The notes below the pieces were generated by a model. That model made no database searches and was not told where the DNA came from. It saw nothing but the letters and a program-made list of their open reading frames with translations. Below, one piece after another: positions 41,801 through 51,118 of a stretch of DNA of 64,000 bases (position 1 is its first letter; each line of letters starts with the position of its first letter). Origin of the DNA: Octopus sinensis (lineage: Eukaryota); NCBI RefSeq assembly GCF_006345805.1, contig NC_042998.1, forward strand, positions 139,500,001 to 139,564,000, read 5' to 3'. The position numbers were made by a program, and so were the translations under genes.

Positions 41801-43928
41801 CCAATTTAAAATAAATCCACGAATCATTTACTAGAAATTCTGGGCCCAGCTAATGTTACGAACCTAGATCTTAATACAGTGAAGTTAAGTTTGTGAGGTG
41901 TTGGAGAAAGAAATCTGATGTTTTAATACTGTCCCTTAGCTTTAGAAGGAAAAACTTCTTTTGTTTTTGCTTTCTGTTCTACAGTGATCATATTTTTTAA
42001 ATACACAATTGGAACAAGAAGGAATCTCATTTTACACATTTTAGCACACACACGCACACACCTCACATGCCTTTTCTGTATGAGAATAAGAATTATTGAC
42101 AATGTACTTTTGTCAAAATATAAACTTACAGCTCAGATACGATACCAGTGATTTGTGGTGTGTTTTTATTTATGTTCATAGTAGCTTAATGGTTAGGGTA
42201 CTCAGCTGATTGTAAGGTCACAAGTTCAATTCCAGAAAAGGCATGTGAGGTGTGTGTGTGCTTAAAATCATTTATTGAAATGGCTAAAATCCCAATGTAT
42301 ATGACAACAAGGGTTCCAGTCAATCCAGTCAACAGAACAGCCCAATTGTGAAATTAGTATGCAAGTGGTTGAGCATTCCACAGACATATGTACCCTTAAC
42401 ATAGTTCTAAAGGGAGATTCAGCATGACACTGGATGTGATTAGGCTGGCCCTTTGAAAAATATGCATTAGTCATTTTTGCCAGCTGAGTGGGCTGCAACC
42501 CTGTGAAATATAGTATCTTGCTCAAGGACACTGTGCGCTGTCAGGAATTGAACTTACAATCATGAGCTGAATACCCTAACCACTAAGCTACTATGAACAT
42601 AAATAAAAACGCACCATGAATCACTGGTATTGTAGCTGAGCTGTAAGTTTATATTTTGACAAAAGTTGAGTAAAAAAATTACAAATTTAAAACTAAGAGA
42701 CAAATATTAAAGCATCAGATTTCTTTCTTGGTCATCATGCCAATAATAAACACATTTATTATTATTAGTCAATTGGCAGGGTCGACTTTGCCTTTTATCC
42801 TTTAGGGGTTGTTTAAATAAGTACAAGTTGAACACTGGGGTCTATATAATTGACTTGGACCTTCCCCCGTAATTGCTGGCCTTGTGCCAAAATTTGAAAC
42901 CATTATTAGTCAATTGGTTAATCATTTTACTAATTAACTAATCAACTGTTTGATTATTCATTTGGTTAATCATCAGTCAATCAGCTAGGTTTGTCACAGT
43001 TTTTTCATTGTCATTCATGACCTCATCAATGACATACCCTACTACATCAGATCTGTTTGTTGTTGGTATGATAACCCTCCCAATGTATAGTATAACATGT
43101 GCCAACATGCGTGTGGCTGTGTGGTAACATGCGTGTGCCAACATGCGTGTGGCTGTGTGGTAAGTAGCTTGCTTACCAACCACATGGTTCTGGGTTCATT
43201 CCCACTGCATGGCACTTTGGGCAAGTGTCTTCTACTATAGCCTCGGGCCGACCAAAGCCTTGTGAGTGGATTTGGTAGACAGAAACTGAAAGAAGCCCGT
43301 CGTATATATGTATATATATATATATATATGTATGTATGTGTGTATATGTTTGTGTGTATGTGTTTGTCCCCCCAATATTGCTTGACAACCAATGGTGGTG
43401 TGTTTACATCCCTGTAACTTAGCAGTTCGGCCTAAGAGACTGATAGAATAAGTACTAAGCTTCCAAAGAGTAAATCCTAGGGTTGATTTGCTTGACTAAA
43501 GGCGGTGCTCCAGCATGGCTGCAGTCAAATGATTGAAACAAGTAAAAGAGAAAAGAGAGCAAATATGAAAATGAAATGAAAAATCTTTTTGTTATCAAAT
43601 TAAATTTGTAATTTATAAGATGTTTTCTATTTTCAGAATACGTTTGGCTGAAGAACAAAAACAACAGCAGCCACAGCAGCAGCAGCAGCAACAACAGCAG
43701 CAGCATTTATTAAATCAGCAACATTCATCTCAGGTGATCAAGAACCAGATGGGTCAGAACCCTCACTCTTACCACAACCCTAGCAATGCCAGTCTGGATG
43801 AGCATGTAGCCAGACTTATTGAAGAGAGAGATATTCTTCTTCGGACTGGGGTCTACACATCTCAGGACAAGATAATAGCTGAACTTGACCAACAGATAAA
43901 AGACATTGTTGCTCTCAGAAATACCTAG
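14857..43928 (+). CDS. CEP120: Centrosomal protein of 120 kDa (C2A-C2B-C2C, coiled coil); 22 exons, 3012 nt, 1003 aa
   Basis: All 21 introns are GT-AG and the phases close into one ORF. Recognisable CEP120 segments: [128 protein letters not shown]. Confidence 0.96.
15958..16211. mobile_element. hAT (Charlie-like) MITE; related copy at 21525-21896
   Basis: TIRs CAGTGTTTTTCAACC / GGTTGAGAACAACTG with a perfect 8-bp TSD, TTCTAAAT, at 15950-15957 and 16212-16219. Confidence 0.88.
18522..18790 (+). CDS. CEP120: CEP120 exon 2 (C2A)
   Basis: [27 protein letters not shown]...[10 protein letters not shown]; ag/gt boundaries. Confidence 0.95.
19679..19799 (+). CDS. CEP120: CEP120 exon 3
   Basis: [26 protein letters not shown]...; ag/gt boundaries, phase 0 to 1. 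Confidence 0.92.
20929..21056 (+). CDS. CEP120: CEP120 exon 4 (C2B start)
   Basis: [38 protein letters not shown]; donor gtaagc. Confidence 0.93.
21260..21457 (+). CDS. CEP120: CEP120 exon 5
   Basis: LIPAAIPLP...[33 protein letters not shown]...GIQ; AAG acceptor, donor gtaagt. Confidence 0.94.
22578..22697 (+). CDS. CEP120: CEP120 exon 6
   Basis: [40 protein letters not shown]; donor gtgagg. Confidence 0.93.
23726..23809 (+). CDS. CEP120: CEP120 exon 7
   Basis: [28 protein letters not shown]; ag/gt boundaries. Confidence 0.88.
25078..25225 (+). CDS. CEP120: CEP120 exon 8 (linker)
   Basis: [19 protein letters not shown]...QESQN; tttccag acceptor, gtgaat donor; phase fits, but the sequence is not recognisably conserved. 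Confidence 0.75.
26115..26195 (+). CDS. CEP120: CEP120 exon 9 (linker)
   Basis: [26 protein letters not shown]; ttttcag acceptor, gtgagt donor; symmetric phase 1/1. Confidence 0.72.
26983..27214 (+). CDS. CEP120: CEP120 exon 10 (Ser/Thr linker and C2C start)
   Basis: ...[14 protein letters not shown]...VFLR; donor gtaagt. Confidence 0.9.
28010..28238 (+). mobile_element. Young tRNA-headed SINE (Nin-like central domain, L1/Tx1-like tail), nested in an RTE tail
   Basis: A-box-like GAGCTGGCAGAA, B-box-like GAGTTCAATT, core GTCGACTTTGCCTTTCAT..GGGGTCGATAAA, tail ..AATAAAGAAAT; CpGs intact. Older copies at ~3210-3420, ~22060-22260, ~24770-24950 and ~26410-26590. Confidence 0.75.
28442..28591 (+). 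CDS. CEP120: CEP120 exon 11
   Basis: [49 protein letters not shown]. Confidence 0.96.
29397..29514 (+). CDS. CEP120: CEP120 exon 12
   Basis: [39 protein letters not shown]; donor gtaagt. Confidence 0.94.
30205..30272 (+). CDS. CEP120: CEP120 exon 13
   Basis: [22 protein letters not shown]; donor gtaagt. Confidence 0.88.
31305..31404 (+). CDS. CEP120: CEP120 exon 14
   Basis: [18 protein letters not shown]...SSQ; donor gtaaga. Confidence 0.92.
32036..32182 (+). CDS. CEP120: CEP120 exon 15
   Basis: ...[26 protein letters not shown]; donor gtaagc. Confidence 0.94.
32918..33007 (+). CDS. CEP120: CEP120 exon 16
   Basis: [30 protein letters not shown]. Confidence 0.95.
33124..34451 (-). mobile_element. 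Degenerate full-length mariner transposon in CEP120 intron 16
   Basis: TA|CGAGAGTTTTCTGAAA.. and ..TTTCAGCTCACTCTCA|TA termini; the minus strand encodes [32 protein letters not shown]; interrupted at 33214-33429. Confidence 0.85.
33214..33429. mobile_element. 216-bp palindromic element, a centre-deleted relative of 50531-51118
   Basis: Arms are reverse complements around position 33334; 12-bp TSD tgctttc(a/g)tctt at 33202-33213 and 33430-33441. Confidence 0.85.
34768..34860 (+). CDS. CEP120: CEP120 exon 17
   Basis: [31 protein letters not shown]; donor gtgagc. Confidence 0.92.
35170..35340 (-). mobile_element. RTE-clade LINE RT fragment
   Basis: [42 protein letters not shown] resembles the RTE 'MLHGSETW..RLERNEASMLRWM' segment. 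Confidence 0.7.
35374..35486 (+). CDS. CEP120: CEP120 exon 18
   Basis: [37 protein letters not shown]. Confidence 0.92.
35954..37213 (+). mobile_element. Degenerate full-length mariner transposon in CEP120 intron 18
   Basis: TA|TTGGATCATTCCATAAATAATG ... CATTATTTATGGAATGACCCAA|TA; transposase start at 36138 ([20 protein letters not shown]) and [11 protein letters not shown]; frameshifted. Confidence 0.9.
37241..37289 (+). CDS. CEP120: CEP120 exon 19
   Basis: [16 protein letters not shown]; ttttattcag acceptor, gtaaag donor; required to keep the frame (phase 2 to 0). Confidence 0.85.
38582..38704 (+). CDS. CEP120: CEP120 exon 20
   Basis: [41 protein letters not shown]; donor gtaagt. Confidence 0.95.
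39811..40055 (+). CDS. CEP120: CEP120 exon 21
   Basis: [32 protein letters not shown]...IKNELN; donor gttagt. Confidence 0.96.
43150..43548 (+). mobile_element. Full-length abundant tRNA-headed SINE (resembles octopus OK/OR-type SINEs); other copies at ~4185-4640, ~6010-6335, ~18866-19240, ~32290-32720, ~37715-38140 and ~38920-39360
   Basis: GTGGCTGTGTGGTAAG..GGTTCATTCCCACTGCATGGCACTTTGGGCAAGTGTCTTCTACTATAGCC, then (TA/TG)n, then ..GACTGATAGAATAAGTACT..GAAACAAGTAAAAGA; recurs dozens of times in both orientations. Confidence 0.8.
43637..43928 (+). CDS. CEP120: CEP120 exon 22 (terminal, with polyQ)
   Basis: [25 protein letters not shown]...[44 protein letters not shown]. Confidence 0.95.
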
Positions 43929-44533
43929 TCAACCTTTACAATTACATCATCATCATTATTATCATCATCATCAACAATTCTTCATTCTCTCCTTCTCCTC
44001 TTAGTTCCCTCCTAATGTATTCAGTCATTCTTGTGGGAATAATCTCCCATAGGTGCTCCATGGCTTGCTGTTGGTTAGGGTTAGGGATTGAGTTGACCTC
44101 CATGATTCTGTTTCCGGCAGTGTTTATTGTGGCAACTAGCTTGTGTGTGGTGTCTCTACTGTAGATAGAGATATAGTGTAAAGGTCACCCGTGGTTTTCA
44201 AATCAAGCGTTCCAATGTCTCTTTGTCGACAGTTCTGTTATCATCCGGTTATATTTTATATTATTTCTGACATTTAGTCCCATTATACACACACAGAAGC
44301 TCAGACATATGCTTGTACGCACACATATACACAGGCAGGCTCACCAGCACACACATGCACATTACTATTTAATGTGAAACAAAGATATACGTGAGGGATA
44401 CCCAACACACAGACATCTTCATATATTGTGAAGAATATATTCACACTTATAAATACTTGTACATAGACATCTTCATTTACCTTACACACACACAATACCA
44501 TATATAAATACACAGGCACACACGAATATGTTA

Positions 44534-44557
<24 letters not shown>

Positions 44558-44564
<7 letters not shown>

Positions 44565-45683
44565 TAGACAAATTGAGGTAATCAGATCATATGGTTCATA
44601 TTTGTAGATATTATTTATATATTACATTTTTTACATATATATCATATCATTCGGATTAGCGCTTGCTCCCATTCTAGTGGGTTTTCAAATCAAATCAGTT
44701 GTGGTAGTTTGAACCTTTTTATAGTTTCGTAGTAGTGGTTGAGGAGGAAGTGAGGCAGAGAGAAATATGTGTGTATGTGGTGTGTTGTGTGTGTGTGCGT
44801 GTGTGTGTGTTGTGTGCGCATTTATATCTGAGAGTGAAGAAGTGTTATTTCCGTTGTTTGGTTGTTCATTTGAACCGATTAAAAGGTTTTTTCAAATATT
44901 TATGTATAAGTCTTGTGTGTGTATATATATGTGTTGGTATAAATATCAACACACAAAAATATTTTTTCTTCTCCACTTCCTCCCTTATTTTTATTTTTAT
45001 TTTATTTTTTATTTTTTATTTTTTTCTTTATATTTTTATTTATTCTTTATATTTTTATTTTATTTTATTTTTATTTTTTGTTTTTATTTTATTTTTATTT
45101 TTATTTTTTTATTTTTTTAATTTTTTATTTTTATTATTATTATTTTTATTTTCCCTTTTCTCTTTGTCTCTCTCCCCTTCTCCAAACACACAGACACACA
45201 CACACACACATACACACACACACACACACACACCACCACAAAAACCCACACAGACACACATAGACACACCACACACACACCTCCACAGAATGATCATAGA
45301 AAGTGTGACCCCAAATGACATTTGCCAGGCCAACCTATGCACAACAACACACTCAGTGACATTGAAATGGACAGCCAAATTCTTATAAAACCACAGGGTT
45401 CCAGCAGACCAATGGAAATAACACTTCTTCACTCTCAGATATAAATGCGCACACACACACACACAAACCACAACAAAAACACACACAGACACACAGAGAC
45501 ACACACACACACACACCTCCACAGAATGATCATAGAAAGTGTGACCCCAAATGACATTTGCCAGGCCAACCTATGCACAACACACACTCAGTGACATTGA
45601 AATGGACAGCCAAAGTTCTTATAAAACCACAGGGGGTCCAGCAGACCAACGGAAATAACACTTCTTCACTCTCAGATATAAAT

Positions 45684-45723
<40 letters not shown>

Positions 45724-45937
45724 ACATATTTTCTCTCTGCCTCACTTCCTCCTCAACCACTACTACGAAACTATAAAAAGGTTCAAACTACCCACAACTG
45801 ATTTGATTTGAAAACCCACTAGAATGGGAGCAAGCGCTAATCCGAATGATATGATATATATGTAAAAAATGTAATATATAAATAAATATCTACAAATATG
45901 AACCATCTGATCTGATTACCTCAATTTTTCTAATATA
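44558..45937. repeat. ~295-bp inverted duplication enclosing a 236-bp-period tandem duplication
   Basis: 44558-44856 is the reverse complement of 45647-45937; the unit starting ctccacagaatgatcatagaaag occurs at 45281 and 45517. Confidence 0.9.
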
Positions 45938-45966
45938 TAATACCTGTACATCATCTCCAAACCTTC

Positions 45967-46008
<42 letters not shown>

Positions 46009-47889
46009 CATATACACAAACACCTGTGCATATGTTTGTGTGTATATATATATATTTATATATAAATAAAATTATGTATAAACAAAATTCACACACACAC
46101 ATACATATATATGCAAGGTAAAATCTTAAGTTTTAATGTTAAATAATTTTACCTCATGACAGAATATATAGAACATATAATTCTATATATCTCTATTTTA
46201 TTTATCATTCTTTTATTGTATGTCTTCTGTGTTTATTGTTTTCATAAACTTGCGTTACTTTTACTTTCCAAATGAAACAAAAAAAAAACCAACCATATTA
46301 TGAATATGTAAATAAGTCGCATACTTTTCATTTTACATGCTTTTATTTTTATATATTTATTTCAAACCAACAGAGCTGAGTTGAATTTTGAAGACGATAT
46401 CATGACTTGTTTAATCCTCAATCAATTTGCAGGAACAATCTGTACTTGAAACAGTATGATGTTTGAAAATCCATTTGATTTTTCGGTTTTCTTAAGGTTT
46501 TTTTTCAATCCAAAATGGATTGCATTTCAGACAGATTTATATTTAGATTCACTTCTATCTATTACATTAGGTCTGTTCGTTCTTTTTCATATATTTGAAA
46601 ATGAGATAGCAAAGGTAAAAGCTGTTATGTTATGAACTTCATCAGCATACAGTTGTTTCTGCTATAAGATGCAGTGGACTCATAGCTGAGCACCTGAATA
46701 ACACCTTATAGCTTCATCAAAGCCATGAATATGAAAGTTATTAGTTTTGTAATGCTTAAGTGATATATATATCTGACATGTGGCACCCGTTGCACCTGTA
46801 CAGGTAATGTCGATCTGATGGAGGGAGTGAGCTTATGTGTACACAAACATTTGATCACTATAAACAAATCATCTGTGTGGTTGTTTGGTAAGAAATTGTC
46901 GAACCCTCATATGTCATCTAACGATGAGAGAGTCCATCATATGTTTATATATATATATATATTTATAACTTTGATAGGTTTTGGCCAGTATAGACCCAGG
47001 CCATATCTAACTTTATAGCATGGTTTGATCATGTGCTGTTGATATCTAAAGTTTTTCGTTCTTGTCACTGATCAATGGTATTTCATATGTAGATTTGTTC
47101 ATATATCTAAGTTGTAAAGTATTGTATTATATAAGGTTTACTCATACCACAAGCACACTGTGTCAAATGCCATGGGTTTGTTAATAAAAATAATGAAAAA
47201 TATGTCAATTTTATCAATGTAAGAAAAGCTGTTTTGTGATGAAAAAGTTGTTACTGTTATATATACACACGCTCGCACTCATGCATACACTTACATGCAC
47301 ACATGCAGAAACCTCTGCAAGCATACACACATGCCCACAAATTCATGCATACACACACAGACACTGATAAAAGTTCAATTTTGTTATAGTCTTTTAACAG
47401 ATCCATCTGCAAAAATGTTTTGGTTTATATGCTGTGACATAATTTTTCATGTTATATACAAAAGAATCCATACATTGTTTAGCCTTAGGTAAAACCTGCT
47501 TGAGCAGACACGATGAAAAGTTGTTCCGGGGTGGCCACCCCACCCTTTGTTTGTATCTCGGACTACTTTGTTCAGTGTGTCCTTTGTTTTGTATAATAAT
47601 GTAATTTTGAGGAAATTTCGCTGATCAACAGACCCTGTAGAGGCTCCCTCATTGGCTCAAGAATCCATATGACGTTGTCACACATGAAACAATCTCTCTT
47701 TCCCCAACTTTATTTGGGAAAATTCAAGAGAGACTTTTGTTATACCTTAAGCAGACCATATTTTGTAATCTATGTGCCATTTACTAGTCAAAGAGAGTTA
47801 ATCCTTTTTAATACATGTACATTTTTATAAAACGTTAATAAAAATTTACTTTTAAGTTGTATTGTTTTTATTTGTATGGATGGTGATGC

Positions 47890-48570
47890 ATATAGACAAG
47901 AACAGCTGTGTAAAGAAGTGCTGATCTCTAACTGTGGAAGAGGTAGACCCAGGAAGACATGGTATAAGGTGGTGAAACATGATCTTCGAATGTTGGGCCT
48001 CATAGAAGCGATGACTAGTGACTGAGGCCTTTGGTGATATTCTGTGCTTGAGAAGACTTGTCAAGCCAAGTGAAATTGCAGTTATGGCTGATGCTGGTGT
48101 CATGTAAATGGCACTTGAGAAATTGTAATCGTGGCCATTGCCAGTAGCATGATCTTCAAATGTTGGGCCTCACAGAGGCAAGGGATGAGGTGGTGAAGCA
48201 TGATCTTTGAATGTTGGGCCTCACAGAGGCGAGGGATAAGGTGGTGAAGCATGATCTTTGAATGTTGGGTCTTGTGGAGGGGATGACTACTGACTGAGAC
48301 CTTGGTAATATGCTGTGCTTGAGAGGACTCATCAAGCCAAATGAAACTATTGTGGCTGTTGCTGGTGTGCTGTAAATGGCACCTGTTCCAGTGGCACATA
48401 AAAAGCACCCATTACACCCTTGGAGTAATTGGTGTTAGGAAGGGCATCCAGCCATAGGAACCATGTCAAATCAGACTAGAACCTGGTACAGCTCTCCAAC
48501 TTACCAGTTCCAGTCAAACCATCCAACCTATGCCAACATGGAAAGCGGACATTAAATGATGATGATGATC
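47890..48570 (+). mobile_element. Two tandem RTE-clade LINE 3' ends, the second with a 51-bp internal tandem repeat
   Basis: RGRPRKTWYKVVKHDLRMLGL C-terminal motif; 3' UTR ..AAAAAGCACCC..TTAGGAAGGGCATCCAGC..AACATGGAAAGCGGACATTAAATGATGATGAT. The same tail is dispersed throughout the window. Confidence 0.8.
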
Positions 48571-48889
48571 TTGTTTATTGTAGATGCAGGCATGGCTGTG
48601 TGGTAAGTTTGTTTCCCAACCTCATGATTTCCTGTTCAATTCTGCAGTGTGATTGGTACATTGGGCAAGTGTTTTCTACTATAACCCTGGGCTGACCAAA
48701 GCCTTGTGAGTGGATTTGGTTGATGGAAACTGAAGGAAGCTCATGTGTGAGTGAGAGTTACTGTCTCCTTGATGTCACATCTTGTAAGTCAGTGTCAGTA
48801 TCATGCAAATGGTGTCATTCATTACCAATCTCTGCTGAATCTCAGCACAGAGTCTCCAACAGGAGAAAAAATATGGAAAGCAGTGCTCT

Positions 48890-49120
48890 AAGCCCAATGG
48901 AATTTCAGCTGAAGTTGTTAAAAATATTTGGGATACAGAGATATTACCAGAAGATTGTAAACATGGCCATCACATGAAGTTTCCAAAGAAAGGTAATTTA
49001 AAGGACTGTATCAACTGGAAAAGCATCATGCTTCTTTCTATTCCCTGGTGCTCTTTGGAAGGATGGAAAATGAGGTGGACAAACTTAGGAAAGATCATGC
49101 ATTGAGCAGAGTAAAAATAC
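48890..49120 (+). mobile_element. Degraded RTE RT N-terminal fragment
   Basis: IWDTEILPED..FPKKGNLKDCINWKSIMLLSIP resembles 'IPKKGDLSDCNNWRGITLLSIP'. Confidence 0.65.
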
Positions 49121-49139
49121 TGCCTCAAAAATATGCTCA

Positions 49140-49581
49140 CTTCTAACTTATGCAGTATAGAAAGGCTATCAAGACAAAATGCCCAGGAAAACTGATGAAA
49201 GGGATCTTGTTTCATCAGGATGATGCTCCAGTACACAAGTCCTTGGTTTCAATGGCTGCTGTACATTCCTGTGGCCTTGAGCTGGTTGATCACCCTCACT
49301 ATCCTCTTGATTTGACCCCATCTGACTATCATCTGTTCCCCAACATAAGAAAAACACTTGGCTGAGAACCAGTATCACAGCAATGATGATGTCCTAACTT
49401 GCTGCTGATTTTTTTTGAGTAACAAGATGAAAGTTTCTTCACCAATGGAATCCAAGCATTGCAACACTGATGGAAGAAACGTGTGGGCCTCAAAGGGGGA
49501 TTATGTTGAAAAATGAACCTCATTTGGTTGCATTCCATGAGCGTATCTCGGTCAGTCCATGAACTTTTCAGCCAATCCTCA
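49140..49581 (+). mobile_element. Mariner 3' fragment (same family as 33124-34451)
   Basis: [35 protein letters not shown]; right TIR GTCAGTCCATGAACTTTTCAGCCAATCCTCA|TA. Confidence 0.85.
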
Positions 49582-50001
49582 TATTCTCCCATCCAGTCAT
49601 GTTTTCATGGAAATTATGAAACACAGAATACTATTCCATGCATGACATCACTGTTTACAGAGGGCCAGTATAAGTCAGAGATAAAGTCTCCTTCTTCCAG
49701 AACTAAACCATAAAAATATATTGTCCAATATATTTTCCTGTTTTTAAGGCTGTACGATAGAAGAAACCTCATCGTCTCCGTTTTGACATCTACTTGTCCA
49801 TGCTTGCATTGGTCATACGAATTTTGTTGAGGCAGGAGCTCATCATGTCACCAGCCTTCCAAGCAAGGCATTCCTCCTTATCTTTCAAACATGAACCACA
49901 CAATGGACAAATGTTTTCGTAGAAGATGACGTTGCTTATGTAACGGTGAGGTTTGTTTACATTTAGTGTGTGTTGTTAAAACTAATAAACATGAGTACAT
50001 G

Positions 50002-50046
<45 letters not shown>

Positions 50047-50530
50047 TCTCTCTCTCTCTCTCTCATTCATTCAGTCATTCATTCGTAGAGGTTTAAAGCA
50101 TGATAAACATAAGCTGTTTTTCTTCACAGCCTTGCTACCAAGCAAGTGGCCGGTCAAAATATACTCTAATTTTTTTTTAGGAAAAATACATACATATAGA
50201 CGACAAGTTTCTTTAGTTTCCGTTTACCAAATTCTTTGACATGGTTTTGGTTGATCTGGAGTTATACTAAAAGACACTTGCCTCAAGTGTCACGCACTGG
50301 GGCTGAACTCACAACCACGTAAACCACTTAGCGATGCCAGCTCCTAAATACATTCATAGAGGCATGACTGTCTATAAATAGATTACAGACCCGTTGATGA
50401 GAATTTTCAGCCTTCCTGGGGGAAAAGATCTGAAACAAGCAAGAAAGACAAAGCAAAGGCAAAAGACATTTTGACAGTGTCACTAACCACAAACAGTTTT
50501 TAACCTGAAAAATGAAAGTATATTTTAAAC

Positions 50531-50702
50531 ATTATTTACATTTGAGGATATTTGTCCCCATTTTGTTTGTTGTTAACACAACGTTTTGGCTGATATACCC
50601 TCCAGTCTTCACCAGGTGTCTTGGGGAAATTTCGAACCCTGGTTCTCATTCCTAAGGTATTTTTCAATGTTGTTGTTGTTATTATTATTATTATTATTAT
50701 TA

Positions 50703-50738
<36 letters not shown>

Positions 50739-50882
50739 CGTCACTGCCTGGAATCGAACTCAGAGTGTTGGGGCTAGTAGCCCGCGCTCTTAACCGCCGC
50801 ACCATATGCCCGTGGTGTGATGGTTAAGAGCGCGGGCTACTAACCCCAAGACTCCGAGTTCGATTCCAGGCAGTGACCTGAA

Positions 50883-50926
<44 letters not shown>

Positions 50927-51118
50927 ATAAAGATAACAACAACAATATCGAAATATACCTTAGGAATGAGAACCCAGGTTCGAAATTTCCCCAAGACAGC
51001 TGATGAAGGTTGGAGGGTATATCAGCCGAAACGTTGTGTTAACAACAAACAAGATGAGGACAAATATCCGTCAAATGTAAATAATGTACATAATTCCTCA
51101 TCTCTTAAATATAGAACT
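50531..51118. mobile_element. Palindromic element with central divergent tRNA-like heads and hammerhead-like motifs in the arms
   Basis: Arms are reverse complements around the spacer at 50805-50812; a 13-bp direct repeat, GTATATTTTAAAC, flanks it at 50518-50530 and 51119-51131. Confidence 0.9.
50995..51040 (+). ncRNA. Minimal type I hammerhead ribozyme-like motif
   Basis: GACAG-CUGAUGA-A-GGUUGG(agggUAUA)UCAGCC-GAA-ACGU-U-GUGUU: catalytic core, 6-bp helix II, palindromic ACGU in place of helix III, and helix I GACA(G/C):GUGUU. Activity is untested. Confidence 0.65.

Noticed and set aside
48147-48290. CRISPR-like array
   Set aside because: The units are contiguous tandem repeats with no unique spacers, in a eukaryotic LINE context.
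50813-50880. Possible tRNA gene (Ser-like, ACT anticodon)
   Set aside because: The T stem (CCGAG/CCAGG) and anticodon stem pair poorly, there is no acceptor stem, and it sits in a repeat. It is a SINE-like head rather than a tRNA.
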